Assembly: GCA_050950505.1 (NCBI GenBank) | Contig: JBMNHS010000001.1 | Span: 672,001-736,000, forward strand | DNA length: 64,000 nt | Direction of reading: 5' to 3' | Source: Candidatus Methanomethylophilaceae archaeon | Lineage (GTDB): Archaea; Thermoplasmatota; Thermoplasmata; Methanomassiliicoccales; Methanomethylophilaceae | In this document: positions 10,108 to 19,405 of the stretch, one piece after another | How positions within the stretch are numbered: the stretch's first letter is position 1 | Layout of the letters: every line of letters begins with the position of its first letter | Notes under the pieces: generated by a model | Told to the model about the DNA's origin: nothing | The model's input: only the letters and a program-made list of their open reading frames with translations | Databases searched by the model: none | Program-made: the position numbers and the translations under genes

Positions 10108-10803
10108 TCAATCCAACATCTTCACCGATGCGGATCCTTTTGTTTTCTGTTTGAGTTTTTCCGAAAACTCTATGGTCAGACCCGCAGGGATTTCCATAAT
10201 GGCCATCCACGAGCCGTCGTTGCCCCATTCTTCCCTGTCGACCGAACCGTAATGCATTATGTCTTCATAGCACCGGGCATATTCGTTGCCGCTCAGTTTT
10301 ACGGCAACTTTGACTTTTTCGAACCTGATGGGAAGCAGAGGCCGAAGAAGCTTCATTGCTTCATCGATCTCCCGTTCCATGGGTTTGAACAGGTCGGGGC
10401 GGAATCTGGCTTCTTCCAACGCCAGTTCTATTCTCTGTGCAGGGTGAGGGAGTTTTGTCTGGGGGTTTATCGCGTTGGCGGAAATATATGTTATAATCCG
10501 TCTGCGTTTGGCCTCCAACATCTCTCTTCTCTGCTCGGTCGTTATCTGAACCTCGCCTTTTTCGATGATTCTCTCGGCAATTTCCAAAGGATCGGTGGTT
10601 CCGAACGCCTCCATCATTTTTTCTTCGGGAGGGCGGAGTCCTTTCTTTGCATCCTTGAACACGTCTTCGACGGCAAGGTACTTTGACAGATCCACTTCTT
10701 TGCCCTGTTTAATCAAATCCATGGCGGCGGGATCCAGCAGAATCTCGAATGTTTCGCCGTGGCTGTCCAATCGGGCAATTATGGCGTTGTCGAGGTCGAC
10801 CAT
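10108..10803 (-). CDS. sdo1: Ribosome assembly factor SBDS/Sdo1
   Basis: GETFEIL-DP, KGEVQITTEQRR, NPQTKLPHP. Confidence 0.96.
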   Translation of the reverse strand: MVDLDNAIIARLDSHGETFEILLDPAAMDLIKQGKEVDLSKYLAVEDVFKDAKKGLRPPEEKMMEAFGTTDPLEIAERIIEKGEVQITTEQRREMLEAKRRRIITYISANAINPQTKLPHPAQRIELALEEARFRPDLFKPMEREIDEAMKLLRPLLPIRFEKVKVAVKLSGNEYARCYEDIMHYGSVDREEWGNDGSWMAIMEIPAGLTIEFSEKLKQKTKGSASVKMLD

Positions 10804-10810
10804 CGTAACT

Positions 10811-11518
10811 TCACTCTTTCAGCAATTCCGAAATCTCTTCGGTGGAGAGTCTGCGGAAACGTTTTCCTTTCTCCACCACTCCGATTTCGATATTTTCGGC
10901 GGCAGGTTTTTCATCGACGCCGGATTCAAGACCCTTTATTCCGAGTCTGAGGGCATCAAAACATTCCATGCCGTCTTCGTACTCCCTTTCGAAAAGATCC
11001 ATCACCGCGGCGCGTCCGCATCCGATGCAGGTGGCCTTGTAAGACACCAGAGCGCCGGACGGGTCGGTTTCAAACAGGTTGAGTCCCGATTCGTCGACTC
11101 CCGCCAAGAGCATGGCGGTTCCGAAAGGACGGGCTCCGCCGAACTGAGTGTAATTTTGTTTGAAATCGCATATTTTCTTGACCAACATCTGAACGGATAT
11201 GCTTTCGCCGTAAGTTATCTTGTGAATCTGGGCGCTCTTTCTTGCCTCGTCCACCAAAATTCTTGCGTCGGCGACCAAACCTGATGTAGCGCATCCGATG
11301 TGGTCGTCGATATCGTAAATTTTCTCTATGGAAGCGGGTTCCACCAACTTGCTGGATACCCTTTTATCAACAATGAGGGCCACTCCATCCTTATACTTCA
11401 GACCGATAGTCGTCGTACCTTTTTTCACCGCTTCACGGGCGTACTCGACTTGAAAAAGCCTTCCGTCGGGGGAGAAGACAGTAATTCCCCTGTCATAAGC
11501 CATTTGTCCTGGTTGCAT
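10811..11518 (-). CDS. psmA: Proteasome alpha subunit
   Basis: YDRGITVFSPDGRLFQVEYAREAV signature. Confidence 0.98.
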   Translation of the reverse strand: MQPGQMAYDRGITVFSPDGRLFQVEYAREAVKKGTTTIGLKYKDGVALIVDKRVSSKLVEPASIEKIYDIDDHIGCATSGLVADARILVDEARKSAQIHKITYGESISVQMLVKKICDFKQNYTQFGGARPFGTAMLLAGVDESGLNLFETDPSGALVSYKATCIGCGRAAVMDLFEREYEDGMECFDALRLGIKGLESGVDEKPAAENIEIGVVEKGKRFRRLSTEEISELLKE

Positions 11519-11567
11519 TATCTAATCTCCTTGTACTCTCGAGTATGACGTAAGACACAGTATATTA

Positions 11568-11894
11568 TTATTTCATCCCTTGCGTCCGGTTCTCATCTCC
11601 GGATTTTTTCCCTTTTCCCAAGGGCCCGTATGTTTCCCTCAGAGTCTTGAGGGTGCCGGAGGTTTTCAGTGATTCTGACCCCGGATATCCGCAAACGATT
11701 CGGGTTATGACTTCTTCCTTATCGGCGGGAGAACATCTCACGACGGCCATCCCTTCATCACAATATATTATTCTGATTTGAGGCAAATCCGAAAGAAGGC
11801 GATCGAGTCCCCGTCTGTCGGTTTCTTCCGGAACGTTGAACACGATGTACCTGCGCCTGCCCCGCATACTCTTGACAGTCACGTCGGAAACCAT
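11568..11894 (-). CDS. rnp2: RNase P protein Pop5/Rpp14 family
   Basis: RGRRRYIVF, AVVRC, TSGTLK motifs; conserved position upstream of psmA. Confidence 0.8.
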   Translation of the reverse strand: MVSDVTVKSMRGRRRYIVFNVPEETDRRGLDRLLSDLPQIRIIYCDEGMAVVRCSPADKEEVITRIVCGYPGSESLKTSGTLKTLRETYGPLGKGKKSGDENRTQGMK

Positions 11895-12490
11895 CAGTTC
11901 TTTGTTTTTATCTTTATCCGTTGGGAAGGTTGCCTAAGACGGCCGGATTCGTAGATGTTGCCGCACCGGTCGCAAACTCCGAGGTGACTTTGAAAGGAGT
12001 TTCCGCAGGAACAGATTATCGATCCGTCATCCCCAGGATAAACCGTTCCGCATCCGCAAACTCCGTCACCCGGATTCTTTCCGCATACCGGACAAGGAGT
12101 CGTTTTCGCCGGTCTGACCGTGGAATCATCGAAAGGTGCGTTACAATAAGGACAACCGCCTATGGAAAACGCACAGTCTTTATGGGATATTCTGCCGCAA
12201 CTGCATATCGCAATCTCGTTGTTTCCGATGCGCCCCAAGCAGACTGAGCAGGGTTTTTCCGATCCCGAATCATCCAGAAAATGGGTAGGTCTTTCGGAAA
12301 AATGGAGATTTCTGCAGTCTCTTTCATCGATATTGCGGAACCCATTCAACCGTTTGATGGATATAATTACCACCGACACAAAAATTATACCCAGTAGGAT
12401 TATCAATATGACCAGGCTCATACTCATTATAGATAAACGTTTCCTATTTAACACATCCGATAATGGAATACCGATCCTGAAATAATGCAT
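11894..12490 (-). CDS. Membrane-anchored RING-finger (C4HC3) and double zinc-ribbon protein; start may be near 12428
   Basis: One hydrophobic helix, then C-x2-C-x11-C-x-C-x4-H-x2-C-x6-C-x2-C, then CPVC..CGC and CSC..CDRC; TGATG overlap with rnp2. Confidence 0.75.
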   Translation of the reverse strand: MHYFRIGIPLSDVLNRKRLSIMSMSLVILIILLGIIFVSVVIISIKRLNGFRNIDERDCRNLHFSERPTHFLDDSGSEKPCSVCLGRIGNNEIAICSCGRISHKDCAFSIGGCPYCNAPFDDSTVRPAKTTPCPVCGKNPGDGVCGCGTVYPGDDGSIICSCGNSFQSHLGVCDRCGNIYESGRLRQPSQRIKIKTKN

Positions 12491-12756
12491 ACAATGTAAA
12501 AATTTGTGTTACTCACTTTACAATAAATATAGTAGTATTAACTTATAAGATAACATAGAATTTGAGTTAAATTTTAGATACTGGCTCATATGCAAAACGG
12601 CATTAACTAATTTTCTTTACGGAAGCATGAAAATCAAAAAACAGAAATTCTATATTAAATACGTTCATCATTTAAAGATATTGCGTAGAAGGGTTAATAT
12701 CAATATCCCCGTATTTCAGATTCGTTAAAAACCACTTAAACAACGGAGGCAATGAT

Positions 12757-15700
12757 TTGACCAAATCAGCATTAGTAATTGGAGGAGGAATCGCAGGCAT
12801 TCAAGCTTCGTTGGATCTTGCGGACAGGGGCGTTCACGTCTACCTGGTGGAAAAAGATGCCACCATCGGTGGGGCGATGTCCCGTCTGGACAAGACTTTC
12901 CCGACGAACGATTGTTCTGCTTGTATCCTGTCTCCCAAAATGGCAGACTGTGCGGGTCACCCGAACATTTCGCTTCTCACCTATCATGAAGTAATGAAGG
13001 TGGACGGAACGGCAGGGGACTTCAAAGTCACAGTAAAGAAAAAGGCCAGATATGTCATCGCAGAGGAGTGTACCGGCTGTGCTGACTGTGTGGCAAAGTG
13101 TCCTTCCAGGAATATTCCCGATGAATACGAATTCGGTCTTTCCTCAAGAAGGGCGATTCACATACCCCACGCCCAGGCAGTTCCCAGAGTTGCCATCATC
13201 GATCCTGACAACTGCAGGATGATTCAGAGCGGCAAGTGCGGTGTGTGCGCCAAAGTCTGTCAGAAGGGAGCTATTAACTACGAAGACAAAGACGAAGAAA
13301 TTGTCATCAACGTCGGATCCATAATAGCAGCCACAGGTTTCGCCGTGTGGGATGCTAACATAGCGTCCGAATACGGATACGGCAGATTCGACAACGTCAT
13401 AACTTCGATGGAATTCGAAAGATACATGTGTGCATCCGGATGTACCGGCGGTCACATAACGATGCCTTCTTCCGGCGAAGAGCCCAAGAAGATAGCCTTC
13501 GTTCAGTGCTGCGGATCCAGATCCCAGAAAGACGGTTGGAAGAAATACTGTTCTTCCATCTGCTGTATGCAGGCAACCAAGGAAGCAATGCTCACCAAAG
13601 AGCACATAGCCGAAGTTCAGGAAGATATCTACTTCATGGACATCAGATCCTACGGAAAAGAGTTCGAAGACTACATCCACAGGGCTGAAAACCAGTACGG
13701 TATCGGAATGCACAGAGGGGCCCGTGTTTCACACCTCGAAGAGGACCCTGAAACCAAGCAAATTATACTGAATTACACCGATGAAGAAAACAACGGAAAA
13801 TCCGAAGTGTACGATCTCGTCGTACTTTCGGTTGCGCTTGCACCGCCGGAGGGCGTCAAAGAATTCGCCGACACGCTCGGTATCGAACTCAACGACCACG
13901 GATTCTGCAAGACCACCGTTTTCGATCCTCTTGCAACTTCAAGAGAAGGTGTCTTTGTTACCGGTGCTTTCGCCGCGCCCAAGGACATTCCCACATCGGT
14001 TGCCGAAGCCAGCGGTGCATCCGCCAAGGCCGCCAAATACATCGTCGGAGAGGGATTCGTACCCGCAGCCCCCAAAGAATATCCTGCTGAAAAGGATGTT
14101 TCCGGCCTGGAGCCCCGTGTCGGTGTTTGGGTCTGCCACTGCGGAACCAACATTGCCGGAACCATCGATGTGAAAGCCGTTGCCGAATACGCATCCAAAC
14201 TGCCCGGTGTCGCTTACGCCACCGACGTGGTATACGCATGCGCACAGGACGCACTTGCCGAAATATCCGAATCCATCAAAGAGCACGACCTCAACAGAGT
14301 CGTCGTCGCATCATGCACGCCCAGGACTCATGAACCCCTGTTCAGAGAGTCCGCCCGCGACGGAGGACTCAACCCGTACCTCGTCAACATGGCGAACATA
14401 CGCGACCAGTGCTCCTGGATTCACATGCAGGCCGCCGATGCAGCCACTGAAAAATCCAAAGATCTTATCAGAATGGCAATCGCCAAGGCCAAGTTGCTCG
14501 AACCCCTTCAGGGTGCCGACGTCCCTGTCATTCAGACAGCCGCCGTCGTCGGTGGAGGAATCACCGGTATGACCGCTGCCCTCGACCTTGCAGCTCAGGG
14601 ATTCACAACGTACTTGATTGAAAAGGAGAAGGAGCTCGGAGGTTTCGCACGCAACTTCAAACACAAGGAAGACGGAGTATCCGTATCGGACTTCCTCCAG
14701 AAGACCATCGATGCCGTCAACAGCAACGATCTCATCAAAGTCTACACCGGAGTGTCCGTGACGGACATACCCGGTTACGTCGGAAACTTTAAACTTAAAC
14801 TTTCCAACGGAGCCGAGATCGAAACCGGAGCGGTTCTGCTTGCAATCGGTGCCGAACAGTATCAGCCCACCGAATTCAACTACGGAAAGGACCCCAAGGT
14901 CATGACCATCATTGAAGCGGAAAACAAGATTGACGAAGGCGCTTTCAACGGCCAGAACGTAGCATTCATAAGCTGCGTCGGATCCAGAAACGACGATGTC
15001 GCATACTGTTCCCGCGTATGTTGTTCCGGTTCGCTGCGCAACGCAATCCAGATAAAGATGAAGAACCCGATGGCAAACGTCACGTACTTCCACAAAGACG
15101 TCAGGACTTACGGATTCCGCGAGGATCTCTACTTCCTGGCATCTCAGCTCGGAATCAACTTCGTCAGATACCCCGTCGGAAACGACCTTCCGTCCTATGA
15201 CGGAAACGTCGTCAAGGCATTCGACAGCACTCTCGGTGTAGAAATCGAAGTGCCGGTCGACGCCGTTGTGCTGGCGGCGGGAATCGCGCCTAACCCCGAA
15301 TCCCAGAGCATCGCACAGATGGTCAAGGTCCCCATAAGCAAGGATGGCTTCTTCTTCGAGGCTCACCAGAAGCTCAGACCGGTGGACTTCGCTACCGAAG
15401 GTGTGTATGTCGCGGGTACCGCGCACTGGCCCAAATTCATGGACGAGTGCATGGCTCAGGCGTCGGGTGCGGCTTCCAGAATGGTTACGATCATTTCCAA
15501 GCCGAACCGTGTTTCCGAAGGTATCGTGGCTTCCGTCAACCCCAACAGGTGTGACGGCTGCGGTGTCTGTGAAGGATGCTGTGATTACAATGCGATTAAG
15601 ATTGTAGACTGCGGAAACGGAAAATACAAGAGTGACGTGAACCCCGCCCTGTGCAAGGGCTGCGGAAGCTGCGTCGCATCTTGTCCGTCCGGAGCGATGG

Positions 15701-15771
15701 AGCAGGCAGGATTCAAGACCTCTCAAATCGTCGCTGAAATAGATGCATATCTTGATTCTGTAGGAGAGTGA
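12757..15771 (+). CDS. hdrA: Heterodisulfide reductase subunit A, long internally duplicated form (1004 aa)
   Basis: GGGIAG FAD motif, LDKTFPTNDCSACIL, CGSR..YCS-ICC, GV-VCHCG-NI, CTPRTHE, second GGGITG module, C-terminal 2x[4Fe-4S]; TTG start after GGAGG. Confidence 0.95.
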   Translation: MTKSALVIGGGIAGIQASLDLADRGVHVYLVEKDATIGGAMSRLDKTFPTNDCSACILSPKMADCAGHPNISLLTYHEVMKVDGTAGDFKVTVKKKARYVIAEECTGCADCVAKCPSRNIPDEYEFGLSSRRAIHIPHAQAVPRVAIIDPDNCRMIQSGKCGVCAKVCQKGAINYEDKDEEIVINVGSIIAATGFAVWDANIASEYGYGRFDNVITSMEFERYMCASGCTGGHITMPSSGEEPKKIAFVQCCGSRSQKDGWKKYCSSICCMQATKEAMLTKEHIAEVQEDIYFMDIRSYGKEFEDYIHRAENQYGIGMHRGARVSHLEEDPETKQIILNYTDEENNGKSEVYDLVVLSVALAPPEGVKEFADTLGIELNDHGFCKTTVFDPLATSREGVFVTGAFAAPKDIPTSVAEASGASAKAAKYIVGEGFVPAAPKEYPAEKDVSGLEPRVGVWVCHCGTNIAGTIDVKAVAEYASKLPGVAYATDVVYACAQDALAEISESIKEHDLNRVVVASCTPRTHEPLFRESARDGGLNPYLVNMANIRDQCSWIHMQAADAATEKSKDLIRMAIAKAKLLEPLQGADVPVIQTAAVVGGGITGMTAALDLAAQGFTTYLIEKEKELGGFARNFKHKEDGVSVSDFLQKTIDAVNSNDLIKVYTGVSVTDIPGYVGNFKLKLSNGAEIETGAVLLAIGAEQYQPTEFNYGKDPKVMTIIEAENKIDEGAFNGQNVAFISCVGSRNDDVAYCSRVCCSGSLRNAIQIKMKNPMANVTYFHKDVRTYGFREDLYFLASQLGINFVRYPVGNDLPSYDGNVVKAFDSTLGVEIEVPVDAVVLAAGIAPNPESQSIAQMVKVPISKDGFFFEAHQKLRPVDFATEGVYVAGTAHWPKFMDECMAQASGAASRMVTIISKPNRVSEGIVASVNPNRCDGCGVCEGCCDYNAIKIVDCGNGKYKSDVNPALCKGCGSCVASCPSGAMEQAGFKTSQIVAEIDAYLDSVGE

Positions 15772-15776
15772 ATAAA

Positions 15777-16220
15777 ATGGCAGATTTTGAACCAAAAGTA
15801 GTAGCGTTCTGCTGTAACTGGTGCTCGTACGCGGGCGCCGACGGAGCAGGCGTAGCAAGGCTTCAGATGCCTACAAACTTCCGTATCATCCGGACAATGT
15901 GCTCGGCCAGAATCGACCCTGAGTTCATACTCAGGGCGTTCTCCAAAGGCGCAGACGGTGTGATGATCCTCGGTTGTCACCCTGCGGACTGCCACTATAT
16001 CGGCGGTAACTACAGGGCCAGAAGAAGGATCTCGCTCCTCAGGATAGTGCTCGAACAGTACGGATTCGACCCCAAAAGGCTCAAGCTCGAATGGGTCTCC
16101 GCGTCCGAGTCCTCAAAGTTCCAGGAAACTGTTACGGATTTCGTAGATACAATCGCAAAACTCGGCCCCACGCCTTTGGTTAAGGTCGAGTTGCCTGTTA
16201 AGGCTAAGGAGGCTGAGTAA
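15777..16220 (+). CDS. mvhD: F420-non-reducing hydrogenase iron-sulfur subunit D
   Basis: FCCNWCSYAGADGAG, MCSARID, GCHPADCHY, WVSASE. Confidence 0.97.
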   Translation: MADFEPKVVAFCCNWCSYAGADGAGVARLQMPTNFRIIRTMCSARIDPEFILRAFSKGADGVMILGCHPADCHYIGGNYRARRRISLLRIVLEQYGFDPKRLKLEWVSASESSKFQETVTDFVDTIAKLGPTPLVKVELPVKAKEAE

Positions 16221-16221
16221 A

Positions 16222-17466
16222 TTGTCGTTAAAAGGTTGGTGGGCAGAAAGGAAGAAGAAGAGAGATGAAGCCAAGGCTCAGAAAGAGTCTAAGGCACCCG
16301 CATCCTCTTCCGCCGCCCCCGTAAAGAAAGAAACCGCGGCCGCGTCCGCATCCGACTCCACAGTCTGCGCTTTGGATACCGAACCCATCGGACTCGAAGC
16401 CGCGGATCTCGGGCCTTTGATGCCCGGAGCGCCCGAAGGAGGCAAGATCAACCTTGCCGTCTATTGGGCATCCGCCTGCGGTGGATGCGACGTGTCCTTG
16501 CTGGACATCGCCGACAGGATTCTCACGGTAAAGGACATGGCGAACATCGTCATGTGGCCCATTGCCGTGGATGGTAAAGAAAAAGACATTCAAGCTCTGG
16601 ACGACGGAGAAATCACCGTCTGCATGATAAACGGAGCTATCAGGAATGAAGAGAACGAACACATGGCAAAACTGCTCAGACAGAAGTCTCAGATCGTAGT
16701 TGCCTACGGTTCATGTGCTACCTGCGGAGGTACACCCGCTCTTGCAAACCTTGTGCCCGGCGGTATCAATGAGATTATGGACTACGTCCACAACGAGGTA
16801 CCCAGCACAAAGGACTTCCAGGAGACATACCACAAGGATAATTACGTACACCCCCAGACCTCCACTGAGGTCCCTGAGGGAACGCTTACCCTGCCGGTAT
16901 TGTACGATACCGTCTACGCACTCGACCAGGTCATTGATGTGGACTACTATCTCCCGGGATGCCCTCCTCTCCAGGAGTCGATTTCCCACCTTTTGAAGAT
17001 AGTCGTGGACTTCGTGTACAGCGGAGTCCCGCTTCCCCCCAAGGGAACCGTCGCCGGTGTCACATCCAAGACACTCTGCGAGGAATGCCCCAGGGAAAAG
17101 AAGTTCGAGAGAATCACCGAAGTCAAAGAACCTTACGAGGTCGACACGAACAACGACAAGTGCCTCATGGATTTGGGAATCATCTGTCTCGGACCGTCCA
17201 CCATGGGCGGATGCGGTGCGGCATGTACCCGCGTGGGACAGCCTTGCCGCGGTTGTTACGGACCTTCGCCGGATGTTCAGGAACTCGGATCGAGCGCATT
17301 CACTGCAATCGCTTCACTGTTCCCCATTTCGGATGAAGAGTCTCAGATGAGCGAGGATGATATTGACAACATAATGAGGCAGATAAAGGACCCCCTCGGG
17401 TACTTCTACGCTTTCTCTATGTCCAAGTCCTTGATTATGAGAGCAGTTGATGAAGGAGGTCAGTGA
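16222..17466 (+). CDS. mvhG: F420-non-reducing [NiFe] hydrogenase small subunit, with ~74-aa N-terminal extension
   Basis: ACGGCDVS, GSCA-CGG, PGCPP, C-EC, CL...GIICLGP, PCRGCYG. Confidence 0.93.
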   Translation: MSLKGWWAERKKKRDEAKAQKESKAPASSSAAPVKKETAAASASDSTVCALDTEPIGLEAADLGPLMPGAPEGGKINLAVYWASACGGCDVSLLDIADRILTVKDMANIVMWPIAVDGKEKDIQALDDGEITVCMINGAIRNEENEHMAKLLRQKSQIVVAYGSCATCGGTPALANLVPGGINEIMDYVHNEVPSTKDFQETYHKDNYVHPQTSTEVPEGTLTLPVLYDTVYALDQVIDVDYYLPGCPPLQESISHLLKIVVDFVYSGVPLPPKGTVAGVTSKTLCEECPREKKFERITEVKEPYEVDTNNDKCLMDLGIICLGPSTMGGCGAACTRVGQPCRGCYGPSPDVQELGSSAFTAIASLFPISDEESQMSEDDIDNIMRQIKDPLGYFYAFSMSKSLIMRAVDEGGQ

Positions 17467-17467
17467 A

Positions 17468-18985
17468 ATGACCGGACCTATAATTTGGGATGAAAAGAAG
17501 AAAACAGACAAAAAGAGGATTTTGATCGATCCCATTACCCGTCTTGAGGGTCACGGAAAGATTGAAATCTTCCTTGATGACGACGGAAACGTGAAGAACG
17601 CATACTGGCAGATTCCGGAACTGAGAGGTTTCGAGAGATTCTGCATCGGCAGGCGTGTCACCGAGATGAACCAGATTACCGCAAGACTCTGCGGTGTCTG
17701 TCCCGGCGCCCACCACATGGCTGCGTCCAAAGCGGCGGACGGATGTTACAACACCGAGCCCACCGAAGGCGCATTGGCCATCAGGGATGCATTCTTCCAC
17801 GCACACTACGTACACAGCCACACGGCGCACTTTTACGCATTGGCTTCCGCCGACTTTGTCTGCGGACCCGGAGCTCCCGTCGCCGAGAGAAACGTTCTCG
17901 GTGTCATTGACCGTGTAGGACTCGAGCTCGGAGGCGCAGTACTTACGTCCCGTGCCAAAGCTCAGAAGATCCAGGCGATCATCGGAGGAAAGGCCACCCA
18001 CCCCGTTATGTCAGTACCGGGCGGTGTAACCAAACCCATCAACAGGGAAGAGCAGAAAGAAATACTGGGCTACGCAGAAGATCTGGTGGAGTTCGGTAAA
18101 ACAACCATGCAGGTGTTCAAGGACGTTGTTCTTGCCAACAAAGACTACGTTGACATCATAACCAACACGGACCTCTACTACAACGAGACGTATCACATGG
18201 GGATGGTCAACGACAAGAATGAGTTGGAGTTCCACAACGGACCCATCAGAGTCATTGCGCAGGACGGCAGCGAATTCGCAAGATTCGACCAGTACGACCA
18301 CCTTGACCACGTATCCGAGGCCGTTGAGGAATGGAGCTACGAGAAGTTCCCCTACCTCAAAAATGTCGGATACAAGGGAATGGTTGCCGGACCCGAAAGC
18401 GGTCTTTACCGCGCGGCCCCTCTGGCAAGATTCAACGCTGCGGACAGCATCCGCACCCCGCTTGCCCAGGAAGAGTTCGCCTATGCGAAGGGATTCTTCA
18501 AGGATCTCGGCATCACCGGACCCGTGCAGCACACCCTGGTCGCTCACTGGGCAAGAGTCATCGAATTGCTCTACGCCGCTGAGAAGTGCAAGATGATGGT
18601 CGAAGACGACAGGTTCCTCGACCCCAATGTCAAACAGCACGACCTCCAGCCCGGCGGACGCGGTGTGGGTGTGGTTGAGGCACCGAGAGGTACTCTCTTC
18701 CACGACTACGAGTGCGATGAGGACGGTCTTGTCACCAAGTGCAACCTGATTGTCGGAACCACCAACAACAACGGCCCCATCAACTGCGATGTTGCCAAGG
18801 TTGCGAAAGGCCTGATCAAGAACTTCGAAGTATCCCCCGGTTTGCTGAACATGGTGGAGATGGCGTTCAGGGCATACGACCCCTGCAACTCCTGCGCCAC
18901 TCACAGCCTGCCCGGTCAGATGCCCATGACGGCAGAGATCAGGCGCGCCGACGGATCGATTTTCGACGTAGTCAGCCGCGGATGA
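17468..18985 (+). CDS. mvhA: F420-non-reducing [NiFe] hydrogenase large subunit (group 3c)
   Basis: IDPITRLEGH, RGFE, RLCGVC (L1), EAPRG, RAYDPCNSCATH (L2) plus cleavable tail; Cys, not Sec. Confidence 0.97.
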   Translation: MTGPIIWDEKKKTDKKRILIDPITRLEGHGKIEIFLDDDGNVKNAYWQIPELRGFERFCIGRRVTEMNQITARLCGVCPGAHHMAASKAADGCYNTEPTEGALAIRDAFFHAHYVHSHTAHFYALASADFVCGPGAPVAERNVLGVIDRVGLELGGAVLTSRAKAQKIQAIIGGKATHPVMSVPGGVTKPINREEQKEILGYAEDLVEFGKTTMQVFKDVVLANKDYVDIITNTDLYYNETYHMGMVNDKNELEFHNGPIRVIAQDGSEFARFDQYDHLDHVSEAVEEWSYEKFPYLKNVGYKGMVAGPESGLYRAAPLARFNAADSIRTPLAQEEFAYAKGFFKDLGITGPVQHTLVAHWARVIELLYAAEKCKMMVEDDRFLDPNVKQHDLQPGGRGVGVVEAPRGTLFHDYECDEDGLVTKCNLIVGTTNNNGPINCDVAKVAKGLIKNFEVSPGLLNMVEMAFRAYDPCNSCATHSLPGQMPMTAEIRRADGSIFDVVSRG

Positions 18986-18992
18986 ACAAAAC

Positions 18993-19058
18993 AGGAGGGC
19001 AATGCCCTCCTTTCAAACATTTTCTTCCAATCAAAAGGGGGTTCGCCCCCTTATTTTT
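18993..19058 (+). terminator. Tandem hairpins after mvhA
   Basis: AGGAGGGC-AAT-GCCCTCCT-TT and AAGGGGG-TTCG-CCCCCTT-ATTTTT. Confidence 0.65.
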
Positions 19059-19133
19059 ACCATATATCGTATATTTTGATGAAGTCGGTGCCCTCATCGG
19101 TTTGAACAAGCCTATCGAAGACGTAATTCGGGC

Positions 19134-19388
19134 TTATACGGTTTTCTCTTTGTGTCCGCCGACACATTCAATGATCGCAAAAACCGGTCCGAAACCCAAT
19201 TTGTCAATATATTCTTTCACGAAACCGACGGTTCCGACAGAAAATAATATATTTTTGTTTGCTTTTGTAAGCCCTGTCCTCCGTTCGGTTAATACTGTAT
19301 ACACAAAACTGTATTTGAACGAGGACACTTTTTTTTCGGCAGTCTTCAAAAATACATCACATTCTATCAATCAAGCGTCAAGGTCAGG
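19134..19388 (-). mobile_element. Degraded IS remnant, probably IS1634 family (left end plus transposase N-terminal fragment)
   Basis: Peptide NKNILFSVGTVGFVKEYIDKLGFGPVF resembles, from recall, the N-termini of methanogen IS1634 transposases; possible terminal IR CCTGACCTTGAC at 19388-19377; AT-rich, no DDE core. Confidence 0.45.
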
Positions 19389-19405
19389 GAACAAACGCAT
19401 TTGAT

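Noticed and set aside
14311-15858. 515-aa antisense ORF inside hdrA (similar shadows at 18011-18904, 32624-33631, 34713-36026, 46694-47656, 49439-50842, 62053-63093)
   Set aside because: They mirror strongly codon-biased genes whose avoidance of TTA/CTA/TCA codons removes antisense stops; no motifs or independent start signals.
12757-18985. Possible selenocysteine (in-frame TGA) in hdrA/mvhD/mvhA
   Set aside because: All ORFs are uninterrupted and have Cys at the relevant positions (e.g. DPCNSC, GCHPADCHY).
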